Shown: positions 51,296-62,859, counted from the whole stretch's first letter. The stretch: DNA of 63,920 bases, filler included, from Octopus bimaculoides (GCF_001194135.2; 5 parts of 4 records of this genome joined end to end with filler, not necessarily neighbours in it); one strand, 5' to 3'. The notes: generated from the sequence alone by a model not told the origin. A program made the numbers and translations.

Positions 51296-51645
51296 GATCT
51301 TCATATTCAGCTTAATTTGAATATATATTGTTAAACGTCCGGTAGCCGCGTACCAGTGAAATCTCACTGACACCGATATAATTTCAGCTGACTAGTATTG
51401 GATTGTCGGATGTCTTCCACTGAAGAGACGGGACACGCTGAAATCACGTGATCAGACATTTCCGGCGCTAATTGCAGATGATGCTTACTTCAAGAGATAT
51501 AAATATGTGTACTTTTATGCACCACACGTCCATATCAGAGGTCCTTTCATAGTAAATAACGCAGTGTTCGGCGCTGTAACAATAAATCCACATTAAGTTG
51601 TCACTTGGTATTAAAAATGCTTCTGTTACTAATAATTATATATAT

Positions 51646-51970
51646 GTGGAGGCGCAATGGCCCAGTGGTTAGCGCAGCGGACCCGCGGTCGGAGGATTGC
51701 GTTTTCGATTCCCAGACCGGGCGTTGTGTGTATTTATTGAGCGAAAACACCTAAAACTCCACGAGGCTCCGGCAGAGGGTGGTGGTGACCCCTGTTGTAC
51801 TCTTTCGATCCAACTTTCTCTTGTTCTTTCTTCCTGTTTCTTGAGTAAAGCTGCGATGGGCTGGCGTCCCGCCTAGCTGGGGTGGGGGGAACACATACCC
51901 CCACAGAAGCCGAGACACCGGGCCAATGAGCCTGACTAGGCTTTGAAAAGGGCGGATAAATAAATAAATA
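51646..51970 (+). mobile_element. SINE family C, full length, (ATAA)n-tailed variant
   Basis: GTGGAGGCGCAATGGCCCAGTGGTTAGCG head; tail as in 40338-40649. Confidence 0.9.
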
Positions 51971-52670
51971 GATTATATANNNNNNNNNNNNNNNNNNNNN
52001 NNNNNNNNNNNNNNNNNNNNNNNNNNNNNNNNNNNNNNNNNNNNNNNNNNNNNNNNNNNNNNNNNNNNNNNNNNNNNNNNNNNNNNNNNNNNNNNNNNNN
52101 NNNNNNNNNNNNNNNNNNNNNNNNNNNNNNNNNNNNNNNNNNNNNNNNNNNNNNNNNNNNNNNNNNNNNNNNNNNNNNNNNNNNNNNNNNNNNNNNNNNN
52201 NNNNNNNNNNNNNNNNNNNNNNNNNNNNNNNNNNNNNNNNNNNNNNNNNNNNNNNNNNNNNNNNNNNNNNNNNNNNNNNNNNNNNNNNNNNNNNNNNNNN
52301 NNNNNNNNNNNNNNNNNNNNNNNNNNNNNNNNNNNNNNNNNNNNNNNNNNNNNNNNNNNNNNNNNNNNNNNNNNNNNNNNNNNNNNNNNNNNNNNNNNNN
52401 NNNNNNNNNNNNNNNNNNNNNNNNNNNNNNNNNNNNNNNNNNNNNNNNNNNNNNNNNNNNNNNNNNNNNNNNNNNNNNNNNNNNNNNNNNNNNNNNNNNN
52501 NNNNNNNNNNNNNNNNNNNNNNNNNNNNNNNNNNNNNNNNNNNNNNNNNNNNNNNNNNNNNNNNNNNNNNNNNNNNNNNNNNNNNNNNNNNNNNNNNNNN
52601 NNNNNNNNNNNNNNNNNNNNNNNNNNNNNNNNNNNNNNNNNNNNNNNNNNNNNNNNNNNNNNNNNNNNNN

Positions 52671-53035
52671 GACATGGCTGTGTGGTAAGAAGCCCTACTG
52701 CGTGGTATCTTGGGCAAGTATCTTTTATTATAGCCACGGGCCGACCAAAGCGTTGTGAGTGGATTTGGTAGACGGAAACTGAAAACAGCCCGTTAGATAT
52801 ATACATACATGTGAGTGTGTGTGTGTGTGTGTGTTTATGTTTGTGTGTGTCTGTGTTTGTACCCCCACTATCACTTGACAACCGACGTCGGTGTGTTTAC
52901 GTCCTTGTAACGAAGCCATCCAGTAAAAGAGACTGATAGAGTAAGTCTTACAAAGAATAAACCCTGGGTTCGATTTCTTTGACTAAAAAACTCTCTAAGT
53001 CGGTGTTCCAGTGAAATGACTGAAACAAGATAATG
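52671..53035 (+). mobile_element. SINE family A, near full length
   Basis: Head truncated by the N-gap; internal microsatellite and tail present. Confidence 0.85.
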
Positions 53036-53064
53036 AACAAAAGAAGAATAGATGGATATGTATG

Positions 53065-53375
53065 TATTCGTGGTCTGATCAATAAGTATTTGGACTGTTG
53101 CCATAGTAAAGAAGCTAAAGCATGCAGAGCAAAGCCGCTAGGCACAGATTGACCTTGAACTCTGCTGTGCATGTGCACTAAATTTTAACGTTCTAGCTCA
53201 CTTCCGCTGTTTACAGCAGTGCTTGGAAAGAACGTGTATAGCATGTGATTATCGCATGGATCACGACAGAGAAAGGGAAGCAGAGAATCTGCACCAAAGT
53301 TTGCCAAAAGCTTCTCGATACCAGCTCAGAGGCCTGCGCAAAGTTTTCTAAAGGTTTTCATCGTTCTCGACACAA
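53065..53375 (+). mobile_element. Mariner 5' end (TIR plus transposase N-terminus)
   Basis: TA-TTCGTGGTCTGATCAATAAGTAT TIR-like start; EKGKQRICTKVCQKLLDT resembles the mariner HTH start EQRICIKFC.KLG. Confidence 0.75.
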
Positions 53376-53424
53376 TCAAGATCTTGTGCAACTGAAATTC
53401 GAGTGTCTTTTTGGTCAGCTGATA

Positions 53425-53575
53425 GCAGTTTTGACACAAACTTGGCAGACATCGACTCCAGTGCTCAGCTGGTACTTATTCTATCAACCCCGAAAGGTTG
53501 AAAGGCAAAGTCTACCTCGTCGTATCTTCAGAACGCATCTTGCCGGCCTGCTAACGATTCTGTCATTTCGCCCTG
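53425..53575 (-). mobile_element. SINE family B fragment
   Basis: CTGGTACTTATTCTATCAACCCCGAAAGGTTGAAAGGCAAAGTC core. Confidence 0.75.
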
Positions 53576-54261
53576 ATCTATGTTGATTTTGAATATTTGA
53601 ATATACCCACAAAATTACATATTTTTGTGGAGGGCGACATTGTCGATTTTATTGGTCCTCAGTTAATTGACCCTGGAAGGTCGAATAGCAAAGCTGAGTT
53701 CAGTGGGATTCAAACACAGACGCGTGATGATGCAGTTACGTATCTGCTGGTATTTAATCCAGGGTTTCACTGATTTTCCAATTTATATTTATAGTGGTTC
53801 TCAGTTGGTCCCGGGGATGAACATCCTGTTGTTCAACTAAATGATTTCTTATTCACGAAATGCTACACAGCCATGCCCGCGCCAAATTATTAAGCCGTAT
53901 TAATAAAAGATAAGAACAACACAGGCATGATAATTATGACTTTTATAAAGACATATTTAGTTAATTAATATGATTGACAAATATCTTATTGAATCCCAGA
54001 GCGGTGGTGCACGACAAAGTCAAACTGGGCGTGATTTGAACTCATAATATATTACGATGTTGAATAATGCTGAAAAGTTATAAGTGCACCGTTTAAAATC
54101 TTCTGCCAATATCTGCAATTTGTGATAATCATTTATATCACAGATACAACGTAACAGGGTTTGGTGATGAAGAGTAAGGCGAGGATTATATCAACCCCTG
54201 CTATTTAATACGGCGCATTGCCAAATCTGCCATTAGCCAAATTACATATGTTAATGAGGAT

Positions 54262-54530
<269 letters not shown>

Positions 54531-55191
54531 TGCCTCACTTATTCTCCAAACGAAAAAAATTTCTTTCAATGTTACCAAAATAGTAATACACGCACAAATC
54601 TATATAACAGCTAAGATTCTTAATATTTGACACACTTACATATATGCACAGACACGTACATACATACATACATACGTACATACATACATACATACATACA
54701 TACAAACAGACAGACAGACAGATAGACAGACGGACATAAGTGTATATATATTCATACATATATACACATATACATACGCGTACACACACACACACACACA
54801 NNNNNNNNNNNNNNNNNNNNNNNNNNNNNNNNNNNNNNNNNNNNNNNNNNNNNNNNNNNNNNNNNNNNNNNNNNNNNNNNNNNNNNNNNNNNNNNNNNNN
54901 NNNNNNNNNNNNNNNNNNNNNNNNNNNNNNNNNNNNNNNNNNNNNNNNNNNNNNNNNNNNNNNNNNNNNNNNNNNNNNNNNNNNNNNNNNNNNNNNNNNN
55001 NNNNNNNNNNNNNNNNNNNNNNNNNNNNNNNNNNNNNNNNNNNNNNNNNNNNNNNNNNNNNNNNNNNNNNNNNNNNNNNNNNNNNNNNNNNNNNNNNNNN
55101 NNNNNNNNNNNNNNNNNNNNNNNNNNNNNNNNNNNNNNNNNNNNNNNNNNNNNNNNNNNNNNNNNNNNNNNNNNNNNNNNNNNNNNNNNNN

Positions 55192-55236
<45 letters not shown>

Positions 55237-56424
55237 TATATAATGTGTATGTGAGTGTATGTATCTATACATTCGCACACTCATAAACAGTGACACGTAG
55301 CTACAGATAATCACAGAGTTGATATAACATTCCAGTAGCAGAATGTGTATAATGCTATGTCAAGACAGTCATATTAACTCCGTTATTTCACAACCTTTTA
55401 GATATCTGTAATAAATTCACTGTGTGCTAACATTTCGTTGTAAATCATAGTTCTCCTCTCCTTAAATAATCAATATTCCTCAACGAGCTGCAGCTATTCA
55501 GAGCTCGCTTATCTCCAGACTGGGTCGTTCCAACTACGTAATATTCCTCATACATCCTAATCGATATTTCAGCTGAATAAACTGATGGGTGAACATCACG
55601 AAAGAGCAGGAGGTAAGATTTTGGAGCTATATGTATGGTCACAATGTTTCGATCCCGATAAAGAATTTCACCTTAATAACGTCACTCTTAGCAATGAGAG
55701 AAAAAGAAAGATATGGACCGACGAAGGCGCTTCTACCTGGTTGGTCAGCCTGCTCGAAAATGCAACCAATAACTCAAACAAATCACACAAGCTACTATCT
55801 TATAAGATACATTATATAATGTTTTCCTACGTCGACCAAACTAGGTGGGATGATCATGGCTGAAAGAAGTTTGATTATATGTGTGTTCAATCTAGAATGA
55901 ACTTCATTGAGCTAAACGACAATATTAGAAAAGGTATGAATATTAGATGACCTTCATATTTTCTTGCTCATCTCAAATATACGAGTAGTTAATTGAATAG
56001 AAGCCTAAGCCAAATGGTTTAGTAGACTCTCCGTCGGTCCCGACGATGTACATTCTTTATCAAGCAAGCGGCCTAGTATTCAGCAGGCATGCGCATCTTT
56101 AATATATTTCTCAGGTCGAATTAGTGCGCAATACAAGAGTAAGTGATAGAGAACCCACCCCACTACTGGGGATTAAGCGCAAAATTGAAATCAGCGTAAA
56201 CCAACGACACTGAAAGACATTATATCTGACACGATAACGATTTTGGCATTTCGACATTTGAAGCCAGAAAGTAAACTAGTATTGTTAATTCATGTTGTCA
56301 TACAAGGCATATGAGCCCAAGAAATTCGGTGGAGCATCAAATTACAGATCAGAATACATTCCCCTTGTCTACATATCTAATATCATTACAGTGTCTCACC
56401 CAGTTTAATTCCTTCTTATATACA

Positions 56425-56638
56425 GGTTTAAAATTTTGGCTCAAAGCCTGCAATTTTGATGGAGGAGTAAGTCGATTATATCAACCCTAGTGCTCAGCTA
56501 GTACTTATTTTATTGACCCCGAAAGGATGAAAGGCAAACGAGAACTCGGCGCAATTTGAACTGAGAACGTAAAGACGAGTGAAATGTAACTAAGCATTTT
56601 GCCTGTCATACCAACGATTCTACCAGTTCGCCGCCTTA
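56425..56638 (-). mobile_element. SINE family B, near full length
   Basis: Tail, core and CCAGTTCGCCGCCTT head end all match. Confidence 0.9.
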
Positions 56639-57639
56639 ATTGTTTCTAGTATATTAATGATACTAATATAATTAAATCCAAACACAATCATATTTTTTGT
56701 ATTATGCTTAAAATCTCTATTTCCTAACACATTCACATTCTTATTCCTTCTAATTTTCATTTAAACCCTCCAATATCCTTAAGCCCTCACACAGTCTTAT
56801 TCTATTTAATATATTTAGATTGTCACACAGTCATATCCTAACTTCCCCGGAGAAATATTTTTACTTTAATTTTATAAGAAACTGTCTCTGTTTTAAAAAC
56901 AAAAAGAAAAATGTAAGGGAAGCACCCCTAAATATTGGAGGAATGATAGTAAGCCAAATCCTGAATTGTGTTTTGAATTCTGACTAGACTGAGTTTCCTT
57001 TACTACACAGTCTATAGGTTTCAGGGCGATTTGACCTTTACCGCTTCAATTTATCATTCAATTAAACTTCACGGGTTTCAATAGCTGCCTGGAGAAGATA
57101 ACTAAATATCTCGCTCCAGTGCTTCATATTTAGTACTGAATTGCAGGAGTTATAGGGAATCGTCAACATTGTAGAAATTTAGAGGCTACGAATCAGAATG
57201 TTGGTAGTTCGTATGCTGTCGATTACCAATGACGTATGCGCTCTAGTTCATTACAATTACCTACGGCGCAGTCTACCGCGTATAAGTAAAGATCACAGCG
57301 GAAGACAATTTTCGTATGTAAATTAAATATTACTTTTGAGTTTAGAAAGCCTGCTTCTCATGAGTAGGGTATCTAAAAACTGCAACCAGATGAGGGCTTG
57401 TGCTTCGTTTATTGGTTTGGTCAAAGGGGAAGGGCAGTACACGTCACCCTTTTCCAAACCTCCAAAGATTTGTGGGCGGAAGTCAGTGTTATCTTTGGAT
57501 GGATAGGTAACCTAGTAAATACAACGAATTAAATATCTACTAGACAGGAACATAAACTACTACATTGACTTCCACGTAGTTTATTTTTACTCTTTTCAAC
57601 GAAATTTTGCTCATAAGCTTTGAGTAACATGAGACTATT

Positions 57640-57725
57640 GTATAAAACACTTGCCCAAGGTGCCCGGCAGTTGGATTAGAATTTGAAATCGCGTAGTTGC
57701 GATGTGAAATCCTACAGCACACAGA
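57640..57725 (-). mobile_element. SINE family A head fragment, diverged
   Basis: ACACTTGCCCAAGGTGCC. Confidence 0.55.
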
Positions 57726-58659
57726 AATACAACACCCTGTAGAAATATGCTTGTACCCTATAACCGCAATATTTACCACATCGTACTTTTGGAATAAACA
57801 CAATATTTGACCCTTATATATTCCTGATTACAATAACTAAGTGAAGTCTGCTACACTCGAACATATAAATGCACTGAGAGCATAGATTCTACAATACAGT
57901 ACAGAACATGAAAAAAAACCAAAAGAACAAAAGAAAATAGCCGCAGGTTACTATACAACACATTTATATTTCTTGAATATTAAACTTTTTACTATATTTA
58001 TGTACGGAAATGGGAGAAAAAAGTTATTACATATTTTATGTGAAGAAAATAAAATATACTAAAATAAAATACACGAAAAAGCCAAAACAAAATAAATATG
58101 TGAATATTAAACTAAAATAGAAAGCTTCAGTTTTGTGATGCAGCCATTTCTTTAATGTCAAAAACGCCAGTATTTTTTCTTAAATATGAAACGTTCCACT
58201 GGAATTTACATATTTTGGTAAAAAGTTGGTACGTTGATTGAGTCTGGTGATAGTGAGTACAGTTATGCTAAGTGTGTGTGCAATTTTGATACTTCATGCC
58301 ATTAACAAAACTTGAAAACCAATGAAAAACTCATTAGTTTTGCTGTACTCCTGTTTTTTAAAGAACTTTGCTTTCCGGAGAAGTAAAGCAGAGGAAACAA
58401 TTACATTTCGCACTAAAAGGGATATATATATATATATAGAGTTATTAATATTTCTAAGTCTCTCTAAAGGAGACTACGGCAGCGGTACTGGAAATTAATA
58501 GTTATCGCCAAGCCAACATGGCAGTCCCAAAATTAGGACGAAAGCTGCCGTGAATTAGCTCCAAGAAGCCATCGCCTCTAGCTAGCTATGTGACACACGA
58601 AACCTGTGTCCTTTATAACCTTCGAACAGGGGAGGTCAGCAGTGTCCCCCTGCTGGTTT

Positions 58660-58711
<52 letters not shown>

Positions 58712-58811
58712 NNNNNNNNNNNNNNNNNNNNNNNNNNNNNNNNNNNNNNNNNNNNTTAATTAATTAANNNNNNNNNNNNNNNNNNNNNNNNNNNNNNNNN
58801 NNNNNNNNNNN
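58712..58811. other. Artificial scaffold join N44-TTAATTAATTAA-N44
   Basis: Exactly 100 bp. Confidence 0.9.
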
Positions 58812-58836
58812 GGTTGTAGTATGACCAATAGCATAC

Positions 58837-58937
58837 GTTAGAATCTATGCTACTCAAGGAGCTCTTTGAGTCTCCAGATCCAGCACCCCATGCTATTCCA
58901 TCCCCAAAACCAACATTATACATACTAAAAATGCCAT
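58837..58937 (-). CDS. Candidate coding exon 2 of an unidentified host gene: (D)GIFSMYNVGFGDGIAWGAGSGDSKSSLSSIDSN
   Basis: Acceptor GTATTTATTTCAG, donor AAC|GTATGC, 101 nt, only the phase-1 frame open, and that phase matches the upstream exon. Confidence 0.55.
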
Positions 58938-59000
58938 CTGAAATAAATACCACTTAGGCAGGGGGTGGACAGATAATAACTGCTCCCTCTCTCTCCCTTC

Positions 59001-59031
<31 letters not shown>

Positions 59032-59100
59032 ATGCATGTAATTCTATCTTATGTGCCATTCCAATTGTCTGCAGTTCTCTAAAATTGTCATTTTACTTAC

Positions 59101-59140
59101 CTATGACATTTAAGTTGTTTAGTCTAGAAACATTCTTCAT
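59101..59140 (-). CDS. Candidate first coding exon (exon 59101-59162; CDS MKNVSRLNNLNVI+G)
   Basis: Acceptor AATTTTCAG, perfect donor AG|GTAAGT; stops in all frames upstream of the ATG at 59140; ends in phase 1. Confidence 0.5.
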
Positions 59141-59745
59141 TTGAACGTGTCACCCTATTTCACTGAAAATTATATTTCTCCCTTTGGGTGGATATTTCTC
59201 TGTTCAGTGGGGAAAGGGGTAGATCTGCATTACCTGTGCCCCCCCCACCTCAGAGCAAATGCATTTACTAATATCAATAACAATCATCATCATCACCATC
59301 ATAATCGTCATCATTATCATTATCATCATTGTCATCATTTCAATGCCTAGTTTATTCCTAGTTTTCCAAACTTGCATGGATCAGGCAAAAATAAACGGGT
59401 AGAGTTTTCTAAGACCAGATGCCCTTCCTGTCTTGCAGCCCCTACTTATTTCCACGTGAGGTAATAATCTCTCATTCCATCAAACAACAAACAATCTGCT
59501 TTCTTGGAGAACTGGAAGCAAACACTGAAACTAATTGCTAAAACACACCTGTAGACAGGAAAATAGTACAAAAATCACCCAAGCGCATGCATGCGCACGC
59601 ACACACTCACACACACATACACAAACACACACACACAGACACTCGCACACAAGCACACATAGACACACTCGCACACATACACACACATGCACACACACAT
59701 GCACACACACATGCACACACACACACACATACATATTTATATGCA

Positions 59746-61529
59746 TATAGAGGCATCAAGCTGTTAGATCAGGTTATGAAAGTTACGGAGAGGGTCATAG
59801 CCTAACTAATTAGGGAGCGAATCAATTTAGATGAGATGCAGTTTGGGTTCGTGCCAGGTTAAAGCACCACTGATGCCATATTTCTAGTGAGACAGCTGCA
59901 GGAGAAATACCTAGCCAAGGATAAACCTCTGTACCTGGCCTTCGTTGATATGGAGAAAGCTTTTGACAGGGTCCCCCGATCCCTTATCTGGTGGTCAATG
60001 AGGAAACTTGGGATAGAAGAATGGTTAGTGAGAGCNNNNNNNNNNNNNNNNNNNNNNNNNNNNNNNNNNNNNNNNNNNNNNNNNNNNNNNNNNNNNNNNN
60101 NNNNNNNNNNNNNNNNNNNNNNNNNNNNNNNNNNNNNNNNNNNNNNNNNNNNNNNNNNNNNNNNNNNNNNNNNNNNNNNNNNNNNNNNNNNNNNNNNNNN
60201 NNNNNNNNNNNNNNNNNNNNNNNNNNNNNNNNNNNNNNNNNNNNNNNNNNNNNNNNNNNNNNNNNNNNNNNNNNNNNNNNNNNNNNNNNNNNNNNNNNNN
60301 NNNNNNNNNNNNNNNNNNNNNNNNNNNNNNNNNNNNNNNNNNNNNNNNNNNNNNNNNNNNNNNNNNNNNNNNNNNNNNNNNNNNNNNNNNNNNNNNNNNN
60401 NNNNNNNNNNNNNNNNNNNNNNNNNNNNNNNNNNNNNNNNNNNNNNNNNNNNNNNNNNNNNNNNNNNNNNNNNNNNNNNNNNNNNNNNNNNNNNNNNNNN
60501 NNNNNNNNNNNNNNNNNNNNNNNNNNNNNNNNNNNNNNNNNNNNNNNNNNNNNNNNNNNNNNNNNNNNNNNNNNNNNNNNNNNNNNNNNNNNNNNNNNNN
60601 NNNNNNNNNNNNNNNNNNNNNNNNNNNNNNNNNNNNNNNNNNNNNNNNNNNNNNNNNNNNNNNNNNNNNNNNNNNNNNNNNNNNNNNNNNNNNNNNNNNN
60701 NNNNNNNNNNNNNNNNNNNNNNNNGTATGACGCATGTGTACGAACAACCATGCTACATGGCAGTGAAACATGGGCTGTGACTGCTGAGGACATGCGTAAG
60801 CTCGCAAGGAATGAAGCCAGTATGCTCCGCTGGATGTGTAATGTCAATGTGCATACCCGTCAGATTGTAAGTATATTGAGAGAAAAGCTGAACGTAAGAA
60901 GCATCAGTTGTGGTGTGCAAGAGAGACGATTGCGCTGGTTTGAACATGTGTTGAGAATGAATGAGGATAGCTACGTGAAAAAGTGCCACACCCTAACAGT
61001 TGAGGGAACCCGTGGAAGAGGTAGGCCCAGGAAGACCTGGGCTGAGGTGGTGAGGCAAGACCTTCGAACATTGGGCCTCACCGAGGCGATGACTACTGAC
61101 CGAGACCTTTGGAAATGTGCTGTGCGTGAGAAGACCCGGCAAGCCAAGTGAGATCGTTGCCAGTGCCCCTGGACTGACTCTTGTGTGGGTGGCACATAAG
61201 ATGTACCATCTTGAGCGTGACCGTTGCCAGTATCGCCTGACTGGCCTTTGTAGGGTTTACGAGCGAGATCGTTGCCAGTGCCCCTGGACTGGCTCTTGTG
61301 CGGGTGGCACATAAAAGACACCATTTCGAGCGCGGCCGTTTTCGTGCGGGTGACACGTAAAAGCACCCACTACACTCTCTGAGTGGTTGGTATTAGGAAG
61401 GGCATCCAGCTGTAGAAACTCTGCCAAATTAGATTGGAGCCTGGTGTTGCCATCCGGTTTCACCAGTCCTCAATCAAATCGTCCAACCCATGCTAGCATG
61501 GAAAGCGGACGTTAAACGATGATGATGAT
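59746..61529 (+). mobile_element. RTE-clade LINE, 5'-truncated, with complete 3' UTR and (GAT)n tail
   Basis: YRGIKLL..QFGFVPG*STTDAIF..LYLAFVDMEKAFDRVP, gap, then LHGSETW..RRLRWFEHVLRM..GRGRPRKTW..; UTR ends GGAAAGCGGACGTTAAAC(GAT)n. Two in-frame stops in the RT part. Confidence 0.95.
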
Positions 61530-61713
61530 AGCCTTATCTCTCACTAACTCCACCCATCCTTATATAATGTGGGTTTGCTATGTATCTCCTCTACACCCGT
61601 CCCTCTATCGCTTCTTAGCCTCTCCTCACCCTCTCTACAGCAACCCCACTCAGTTCAGGGTCTTTTTCTTTGTCTTGTGAATTACTTTGTGACTTCACAA
61701 GTGTTGGGGAACA

Positions 61714-61873
61714 TTAGGAAAAGCACTCAGTACACACTGTAAAGTGGTTGGCACTATGAAGGACATCCAACTATAGAAACTATGCCAAAGCAGAGAGTAG
61801 AGCTGGTGCATTGTTGGATTCAGTCAAATTGTTTAACCCATGCCAGCATGGAAGACAAATGATAAATGATGGT
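61714..61873 (+). mobile_element. Old short copy of the RTE 3' tail (truncated LINE or RTE-dependent SINE)
   Basis: AAAAGCAC.CA.TACAC.CTGTAAAGTGGTTGGC..ACCCATGCCAGCATGGAA matches 61360-61529 with CpGs lost. Confidence 0.8.
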
Positions 61874-62002
61874 GTGTGTGCATGTGTCCTCTGTCCCTCT
61901 TTGACTGAGTGATCCAAATCTTGTGGACTCTTGGGTACTGTTGGCATGCAAAATGTATCTGTGCCAGTACCATGTGTGAGTACCCATGCTGGTGCCCCTT
62001 AA

Positions 62003-62163
62003 GAAAGCACCCAGTACATTCTGTAAAGTGGTTGGCATTAGGAGGGGAATCCAGCTGAAGAAACCAACCCAAAACAAGCATGAACCCAGGCAACTCTTCA
62101 ATTGGTCAGCTCGTTTGAAACTGTCCAACTCATGTCATCATGGAAAATGGACGTGAAATGATG

Positions 62164-62165
<2 letters not shown>
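62003..62165 (+). mobile_element. Second old RTE-tail copy
   Basis: AAAGCACCCAGTACATTCTGTAAAGTGGTTGGCATTAGGAGGGGAATCCAGCTG. Confidence 0.8.
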
Positions 62166-62200
<35 letters not shown>

Positions 62201-62210
62201 NNNNNNNNNN

Positions 62211-62243
<33 letters not shown>

Positions 62244-62540
62244 CAGCATGGAAAGCAGATATCAAATGATGATGATGATGATGATGATGATAATAATTGC
62301 TGGTAGGGACACTGTATTTTGTTTTGCAACCATAACATACTACCAAGTATATCAAGGGTTTATGAGTCAAAATTGTGCCCTACTTTTGTGTTAGCAATGC
62401 TATTACACTACTTCTTAAGTTTATCTCCACAGATATTCTATAAAATTTACAGCCTTAACTAAAAGTTATGGTGTTTCATATCCGAATATGTCTCTGTGAG
62501 GGCAACGCAACTGAAGATAGAAAAATAAGGAATGAATATC

Positions 62541-62714
62541 TTTATTCTTTTACTTGTTTCAGTCATTTCACTGTGGCCATGCTGGAACACCGCATTTAGT
62601 CGAACAAATCGACCTCAAGATTTATTCTTTGTAAGCCTACTACTTATTCTATCAGTCTCTTTTCACCAAACTGCTAAGTCACAGGGATGAAGAGGTGGAC
62701 ATAGACACACAAAT

Positions 62715-62775
<61 letters not shown>
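62541..62775 (-). mobile_element. SINE family A 3' half, CpG-decayed
   Basis: Tail and core present, ending in the (CA)n internal microsatellite. Confidence 0.85.
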
Positions 62776-62778
<3 letters not shown>

Positions 62779-62859
62779 CTATTATAATAAATGCCAAAAC
62801 GAATTTCTGTGTGTCAGTGTGTCACACTTTGACCTGCCCTCTCTCACTATTCAATGACA

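Noticed and set aside
51646-51725. tRNA gene call for SINE heads
   Set aside because: A/B boxes are present but no complete cloverleaf with acceptor stem; each continues into a SINE body.
58517-58552. Hairpin CATGGCAG/CTGCCGTG containing GTCC..GGACGAAA, suggestive of hammerhead stem II
   Set aside because: There is no CUGANGA core or stem III/NUH; it is only a stem-loop within a probable repeat.
58837-58960. Plus-strand reading MLLKELFESPDPAPHAIP..
   Set aside because: It is the antisense frame of the minus-strand exon, which has far better splice sites and a phase-matched partner.
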